Part shown: piece by piece, positions 58,575 to 64,000 of the stretch
Numbering within the stretch: the stretch's first letter is position 1
How the letters are laid out: every line of letters starts with the position of its first letter
NCBI GenBank assembly: GCA_963556825.1
Contig: CAUWAM010000001.1
Span: forward strand, 685 to 64,684
DNA length: 64,000 nucleotides
Direction of reading: 5' to 3'
Source of the DNA: an uncultured Clostridia bacterium
GTDB lineage: Bacteria; Bacillota; Clostridia; TANB77; CAG-508
Position numbers and translations under genes: made by a program
The notes under the pieces: generated by a model
Database searches by the model: none
Told to the model about the DNA's origin: nothing
What the model saw: only the letters and a program-made list of their open reading frames with translations

Positions 58575-58771
58575 GATGAAAAAGAAAAAGTGCAAAAATT
58601 TATTAAAGAGAGCGAATAACAAGCTGAAATATTCGTAATAAAATAAGCATGGGGAGCTTTGGAGTAATATGATAAATTAAGGTGCTTGAAGAAAAACTTC
58701 AAGAATTAGGGTGGAAACGCGGAAATAAACTTTCGTCCCTAGCGATTTAGCTAGAGTGCGGAAGTTTTTTT
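58575..58771 (+). promoter_or_regulatory. T-box riboswitch leader for glyQS
   Basis: Stem I AGAGA and GCUGA motifs, T-box sequence AATTAGGGTGGAAACGCGG (~58706-58724), and a terminator hairpin plus T7 ending at ~58771, just before the glyS RBS aaaggagg. The specifier codon could not be located unambiguously. Confidence 0.55.
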
Positions 58772-58793
58772 GATAGAAAAAGGAGGAAATTTT

Positions 58794-60176
58794 ATGTTAA
58801 AATCAATGGATACACTAGTATCACTATGTAAAAACAGAGGATTTATTTATCCGGGTTCAGAAATTTATGGAGGGTTAGCTAATACTTGGGATTACGGGCC
58901 TTTAGGAAATGAACTAAAAAATAATGTAAAAGCTGCTTGGAGAAAAAAATTTATACAAGAACAACCTAACATAGTAGGATTAGATGCAGCAATATTAATG
59001 AATCCAGAAACTTGGGTAGCTTCAGGACATCTTGGAGGATTTTCAGACCCATTAATAGATTGTAAAGAATGTAAAACAAGACATAGAGCAGATAAATTAA
59101 TTGAAGAATGGGCACATGAACATGGAAAAGATATGATAGCAGATGGTATGACAGATAAAGAATTAATAGACTTTATAAATGAAAATAAAATCCCATGTCC
59201 AACATGTGGAAAAACAAACTTTACAGATATAAGAAAATTTAATTTAATGTTCAAAACATTTCAAGGTGTAACAGAAGATACAACATCAACAGTATATTTA
59301 AGACCAGAAACAGCACAAGGAATATTTGTAGACTTCAAAAATGTACTACGTACATCAAGAAAGAAGATGCCTATGGGTATAGCCCAAATAGGTAAAGCAT
59401 TTAGAAATGAAATAACACCAGGAAACTTTACATTTAGAACAAGAGAATTTGAACAAATGGAACTTGAATTTTTCTGTAAACCAGGAACTGATTTAGAATG
59501 GCATAAATATTGGAAAGATTATTGCGAAAAGTGGCTATTAGATTTAGGTATGAAAAAAGAAAACATTAGATTAAGAGACCACTCAGCAGAAGAATTAGTA
59601 TTTTATAGTAAAGCAACAACAGACATAGAATTTGCATTTCCATTTGGTTGGGGAGAATTATGGGGAATTGCTGATAGAACAGATTATGATTTAACACAAC
59701 ATATGAACCATTCAAAACAAGACTTATCATATCAAGACCCAGAAACAAATGAAAAATATGTACCATATGTAATAGAACCATCATTAGGAGCAGATAGAGT
59801 AGTTTTAGCATTTTTATGTAATGCATATGACGAAGAAGAAATAGAAGAAGGAGACACAAGAGTTGTATTACACTTACACCCAGCATTAGCACCATATAAA
59901 GTTGCAGTACTTCCATTATCTAAAAAATTATCCGAAAAAGCAGAAGAAGTATATAGCAAACTTTCTAAAAAATTTATGTGTGATTATGATGCAGCAGGTT
60001 CAATAGGTAAACGTTATAGGAGAGAAGATGAAATAGGAACACCATATTGTGTTACAGTTGACTTTGACACACTAGAAGATGAAAGTGTAACAATAAGAGA
60101 AAGAGATACAATGGAACAAATTAGAGTAAAAATTGACGAATTAGAAGATTGGATTGCAAAGAAAATTGAATTTTAA
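58794..60176 (+). CDS. glyQS: glycine--tRNA ligase (alpha2 homodimeric type)
   Basis: [34 protein letters not shown] is typical of GlyRS; class II motifs are present; ~460 aa. Confidence 0.9.
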   Translation: MLKSMDTLVSLCKNRGFIYPGSEIYGGLANTWDYGPLGNELKNNVKAAWRKKFIQEQPNIVGLDAAILMNPETWVASGHLGGFSDPLIDCKECKTRHRADKLIEEWAHEHGKDMIADGMTDKELIDFINENKIPCPTCGKTNFTDIRKFNLMFKTFQGVTEDTTSTVYLRPETAQGIFVDFKNVLRTSRKKMPMGIAQIGKAFRNEITPGNFTFRTREFEQMELEFFCKPGTDLEWHKYWKDYCEKWLLDLGMKKENIRLRDHSAEELVFYSKATTDIEFAFPFGWGELWGIADRTDYDLTQHMNHSKQDLSYQDPETNEKYVPYVIEPSLGADRVVLAFLCNAYDEEEIEEGDTRVVLHLHPALAPYKVAVLPLSKKLSEKAEEVYSKLSKKFMCDYDAAGSIGKRYRREDEIGTPYCVTVDFDTLEDESVTIRERDTMEQIRVKIDELEDWIAKKIEF

Positions 60177-60215
60177 AGTACTTTATTATGAAAATAATAA
60201 AAAATAGTTCAAAAA

Positions 60216-60252
60216 TAAAAGCTGGGGATAATTTATCCACAGCTTTTATTAA
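60216..60252. terminator. bidirectional terminator between glyQS and sspH
   Basis: aaagctgggga-N-tccacagcttt followed by T-runs. Confidence 0.45.
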
Positions 60253-60253
60253 T

Positions 60254-60442
60254 TTAATTAAATAAATTTTTTTCATACAAATCATCAATAAAAACATCTC
60301 GTTCTTCAAAATTATCAATAAATCCAACTTTTGCAACATCATTTCTATCATCAATTCCTTGAATCCAAACAGGACGGTCATTATAAAAAACATCACATTT
60401 TTCCTTGTTATTTAAAATAAAATGTATTCTTTGTAAATCCAT
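60254..60442 (-). CDS. sspH: small acid-soluble spore protein, SspH type
   Basis: 62 aa MDLQRIHFILNNKEKCDVFYNDRPVWIQGIDDRNDVAKVGFIDNFEERDVFIDDL follows the SspH pattern (QR..EI......V.YNG.PIYIQ.V.E....ARI.PLDNPE.E..V....L.E). Confidence 0.55.
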   Translation of the reverse strand: MDLQRIHFILNNKEKCDVFYNDRPVWIQGIDDRNDVAKVGFIDNFEERDVFIDDLYEKNLFN

Positions 60443-60582
60443 AAAACCAACTCCAATCAAAATAAATATAATAAAATTATATCCATAAAAAATTTTTATA
60501 TAACCAATGTAACATAAAAAATTATTGACTAATTATAAAAATTAATATAAAATAAATAAGTAATTATAAGGAGGAAAAAAGC

Positions 60583-62226
60583 ATGAAAGTAACATATGAG
60601 AAAAAAGAAATTACAGTAAAAGAAGGAACAACAGTAAAAGAAGCTTTAAAAGAAGAAATTGAGCAAAGTAGATATGAAGTAATTGGATGTAGATACAATA
60701 ACGAGTATTTTAATTTGAATAAAAAAATTGAAGAAGATGCAAACATAAGCCTAATAGATATATCTGACAAAGAAGGAGCAAAAATATATAGAATGACACT
60801 AGTATATATAATGGGTAAAGCATTTGAAAGTTTGTATCCACAAGAAAAGCTAACAGTTGAATATCAATTAGGAAATGCTATGTTTTGCAAATGTGATAAT
60901 ATGGAAATAGAAGAAACATTTATAAAACAATTAAAAGAAAAAATGCAAGAAATAATAGATAAAGACTTAAAGATAGAAAAAAAGGAAATGACAAGAGAAG
61001 AAGCAAAAAAAATTTATGAAAAAACAGATACATCAAAAGGGAGATTGCAATTAGATTTTGAAGAAAACAAAATAATAAATATGTATTTTTGTGAAAATTA
61101 TTTTAACTATTGTTATGATACAATTGCAGATTCAACAGGAAAAGTAAAAATATTTGATGTTGTAAGATATCAAGATGGATTTTTAATTAGATACCCAAGT
61201 TCAAAAACACCAACAGAAATGTCTGAATTTAAAGATACAAAAAAATTAGCATGGGCACTAGAAGAATTCGAAAAAATACATGCTGTCCTAGATGTAATGA
61301 CAGTATATAAATTAAATAAAGCAGTAGAAGAAAATAGAATCAAAGATATAATAATGCTTGCAGAAGCATTACACGAAAAGAAAATTGCAAATATTGCAGA
61401 TGATATTAAAAAAAGAAAAAATATAAAAATGGTATTAATAGCAGGACCATCATCATCAGGAAAAACAACATTTGCACAAAGATTAGGAATTCAACTACGA
61501 TTAAATGGTATAAAACCAGTAACACTATCAGTAGACAATTATTTTGTTGAGAGACAAGACACACCAAGAAATGAAAATGGAGAATACAATTTTGAATGTA
61601 TAGAAGCAATAGATTTAAAACTATTTAATGAACATCTAGTAAAATTATTAAGAGGAGAAGAAATAGAAGTACCAGAATTTGATTTTAGTGTTGGAACAAA
61701 AAGATACAATGGTAAAAAAATGAAATTAGCAGAAGATGAAATTCTTGTAATAGAAGGAATTCATTGTTTAAATGACAAATTAACAAGTCAAATAGAAAAA
61801 GATAAGAAATACAAAATATATATAAGTGCATTAACTGTACTAAATATGGACAGATACAATAGGATTTCTACAACAGACACAAGACTTATAAGAAGAATTG
61901 TTAGAGACTACCAATTTAGAAGTTATTCAGCAATACATACACTAAATACTTGGCATCAAGTAACAGATGGGGAAGAAAAAAATATATTTCCATTCCAAGA
62001 AGATGCAGACAAAATATTTAACACTTCACTTATATATGAATTAGGAGCATTAAAACCAATTGCAATGCCATTATTAAAAGAAATAAAAAAAGATAATATA
62101 GAATATGCAGAAGCACAAAGATTAATAAATATATTAAAATATTTTAGAGAAATACCATCAGAATATGTGCCAGACAATTCATTATTAAAAGAATTTATTG
62201 GAGGAGGAACATTCGGGTTACATTAG
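60583..62226 (+). CDS. TGS-domain / uridine kinase-family fusion protein
   Basis: N-terminal TGS-like (MKVTYEKKEITVKEGTTVKEAL) and ThrRS-second-domain-like region, then a uridine kinase P-loop IAGPSSSGKTTFAQRL; 547 aa. Confidence 0.65.
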   Translation: MKVTYEKKEITVKEGTTVKEALKEEIEQSRYEVIGCRYNNEYFNLNKKIEEDANISLIDISDKEGAKIYRMTLVYIMGKAFESLYPQEKLTVEYQLGNAMFCKCDNMEIEETFIKQLKEKMQEIIDKDLKIEKKEMTREEAKKIYEKTDTSKGRLQLDFEENKIINMYFCENYFNYCYDTIADSTGKVKIFDVVRYQDGFLIRYPSSKTPTEMSEFKDTKKLAWALEEFEKIHAVLDVMTVYKLNKAVEENRIKDIIMLAEALHEKKIANIADDIKKRKNIKMVLIAGPSSSGKTTFAQRLGIQLRLNGIKPVTLSVDNYFVERQDTPRNENGEYNFECIEAIDLKLFNEHLVKLLRGEEIEVPEFDFSVGTKRYNGKKMKLAEDEILVIEGIHCLNDKLTSQIEKDKKYKIYISALTVLNMDRYNRISTTDTRLIRRIVRDYQFRSYSAIHTLNTWHQVTDGEEKNIFPFQEDADKIFNTSLIYELGALKPIAMPLLKEIKKDNIEYAEAQRLINILKYFREIPSEYVPDNSLLKEFIGGGTFGLH

Positions 62227-62273
62227 AATAAAAATTACAAAATAAAATAAGGAACTCGAAATCAAAAACAAAA

Positions 62274-62591
62274 ATGTTAAAAGATAGTAAATTTACAGAA
62301 ATTGATGAAGAATTTATATGTGAAAATTGTGGAAAAAAAGTTCCTAAATTAGGTTATTCTTGCAGAAATCATTGCCCATATTGTTTACATTCTAAACATG
62401 TAGATAAAAATCCGGGAGATAGAGCAGAAAAATGCCATGGAGATTTAGAACCAATTAGTTTAGAAATTAACAGTAAAAAAGGATATGTTATAGTATTTAA
62501 GTGTAAAAAGTGCGGAGAAATAAGAAAAAATAAAGCAGCAAAAGATGATAATATGGATTTGTTGATTAAATTAAGTAGTAAACAAATTTAG
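62274..62591 (+). CDS. RNHCP domain protein
   Basis: CENCGKK..CRNHCPYCLHSKH..CKKCGE zinc-ribbon RNHCP motif; 105 aa. Confidence 0.65.
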   Translation: MLKDSKFTEIDEEFICENCGKKVPKLGYSCRNHCPYCLHSKHVDKNPGDRAEKCHGDLEPISLEINSKKGYVIVFKCKKCGEIRKNKAAKDDNMDLLIKLSSKQI

Positions 62592-62643
62592 AAAATAAAA
62601 TAGCTAGGAAAAATTAAAATTCCTAGCTATTTTTAGCATATAT

Positions 62644-63987
62644 TTAAATTTCTCTATTTAAATTACCATTAGTAAATTCTTTACCTTCAAATCTATTACC
62701 ACTTCTTACGGTATAAATAATATTATTAATTTCATCAATAGTTTCATTAATAATGTCAATTCTATAAACACAAGTATTAGTAAAATCATTAGTGGAAATA
62801 GAAGTTATTTTACTATTATAAATTGTTGTAACAGTTTGAATATTATCTGGTATAATTTCAAAATCTAATCCTAATCTATCTTTTAAATAAAATCTGTTTT
62901 CTAATGAATCAACACAAGAGTTACATTTAATATCACAAGAAGGATAGCATTTATTTGATTTACCAAGTAAGCAATAATTCATATTCATTAAAGGTGTTTT
63001 ACCATAAACAATTAACTCAGAGTTTATACCAGTTTTATAAGAATTAGTTAATTCTAAAATTGAATTCTTATCAAGCTCAGGTGAAATTGTAAATGAATCA
63101 AAACCAAGATATTTAAGTTCTTTAACAGAATAATTATTAAAAATATTAAATGTATAATTTGCAATAAACTTAAAATTCTGTTTATTTAAATCACATTTTT
63201 CAAAAACATTATGTAGTAGCAATAAATTAGAAATGTTAGAAAGAACAAATCCTTTTATATTATAAGTTTTTATTGCAGTTTCAATATTCGTAGACAATAA
63301 ATTATTATAATTTGCTTTTATAATTGTTGGTAAATAAATAAAAAGATCAAATTTCTTACTTAACATTTCTAAAATATTTGAATATTTTTTATTTGCGAAA
63401 TATCTTAAAGGAATATATAAAATATCGATATTTTCAAGAGTTGAATAATCATAATTTTTATTTAAAACATTTAGTAAAACAGAAAATTTATGTTCATTAT
63501 TTAATACTGAATTTTTTTCTGAAATTTCTTTATTATTAAAAATGTCTAAAGTATTGTTACAATTTCTCAAAATATTACTAATTGCAAAATTTTTAACATT
63601 TTCTAAAGCTGTTCTTCTAAGCTCATTTAAAGAACTTATTTTAGGCAAAAATAAATTATCATCCAAATTAATTCTTATATCTTTAAAATTAAAAGGAGTA
63701 GAGTTTGTTTTGTTAATTTGAGAAATAATATCATCTTTAGATAAAGGTCTACTTTTTGCTTCAATAGGGAAAATATCTAATTTACAAGAAATATTCAAAT
63801 TTTTATAAATATCCAAATTATTAGCAGAAGTAATTTTAATTTCTAAAGGTTGATTTTCTTTTACAGTAACATCACAATTTAAAGCAATTTTTCTATTTTC
63901 AAATCTTAAACTATCATTAGCAGAAAGATTTAAAGATTTAGAAGACATTTTAAAAATTTTATCACCTAATTTAATATTTCCTTTCAT
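62644..63987 (-). CDS. divergent peptidase U32-like protein (start near the window edge)
   Basis: 447 aa. A weak match to the U32 motif E.FVHGALC.AYSG.CLLS (ELIVYGKTPLMNMNYCLLGK) and a C-terminal Cys cluster. Confidence 0.35.
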   Translation of the reverse strand: MKGNIKLGDKIFKMSSKSLNLSANDSLRFENRKIALNCDVTVKENQPLEIKITSANNLDIYKNLNISCKLDIFPIEAKSRPLSKDDIISQINKTNSTPFNFKDIRINLDDNLFLPKISSLNELRRTALENVKNFAISNILRNCNNTLDIFNNKEISEKNSVLNNEHKFSVLLNVLNKNYDYSTLENIDILYIPLRYFANKKYSNILEMLSKKFDLFIYLPTIIKANYNNLLSTNIETAIKTYNIKGFVLSNISNLLLLHNVFEKCDLNKQNFKFIANYTFNIFNNYSVKELKYLGFDSFTISPELDKNSILELTNSYKTGINSELIVYGKTPLMNMNYCLLGKSNKCYPSCDIKCNSCVDSLENRFYLKDRLGLDFEIIPDNIQTVTTIYNSKITSISTNDFTNTCVYRIDIINETIDEINNIIYTVRSGNRFEGKEFTNGNLNREI

Positions 63988-64000
63988 TCTACCGATAGTT

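Overview
The window is an AT-rich (~27-28% GC) chromosomal segment from an endospore-forming, Clostridia-like Firmicute, judging by spoVAC/D/E, an SspH-type SASP and a SCIFF peptide. Most of it is conserved core genes on the + strand. In order: pth, an RNase G/E-family gene, rimO, a GatB/YqeY gene, dapA (-), trpS, obg-lysS-proS, a site-2 protease, tsaD, infC-rpmI-rplT with an L20-type attenuator leader, and a spoVAC-AD-AE operon (-) headed by a dodecin-like gene. Then rsmB, a complete type IV pilus locus (pilMN fusion, pilO, a 66-aa pilin, pilD, two minor pilins, pilB, pilT, pilC), ROK glucokinase, a transketolase C-subunit, ftsEX with two coiled-coil M23 peptidases and ctpA, pgsA, greA, deoD (-), stp/prkC, a small promoter-driven orphan gene, rsgA, rpe, and a divergent membrane protein. 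A SCIFF precursor peptide (not in the ORF track, no adjacent maturase) is followed by the most notable feature, a ~6.8 kb compositionally atypical island (43.2-50.05 kb) bounded by a perfect 27-bp direct repeat. The island encodes a viperin/MoaA-like radical SAM enzyme, a NUDIX hydrolase, two histidine phosphatases, two SAM methyltransferases and a Gfo/Idh/MocA-like oxidoreductase, which I read as a putative nucleotide/nucleoside-modification cassette. Downstream, the T-box-controlled pheS-pheT operon carries two copies of a ~135-bp element with 31-bp perfect terminal inverted repeats. The window ends with yqeG, a second A24 peptidase, pepP, efp, a Zn-ribbon protein, an M23 peptidase (-), tRNA-Trp, T-box glyQS, sspH (-), a TGS-uridine kinase, an RNHCP protein and a U32-like gene (-). 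No transposase, integrase or CRISPR was seen. Manually derived coordinates (promoters, hairpins, repeats) may be off by 1-2 nt.
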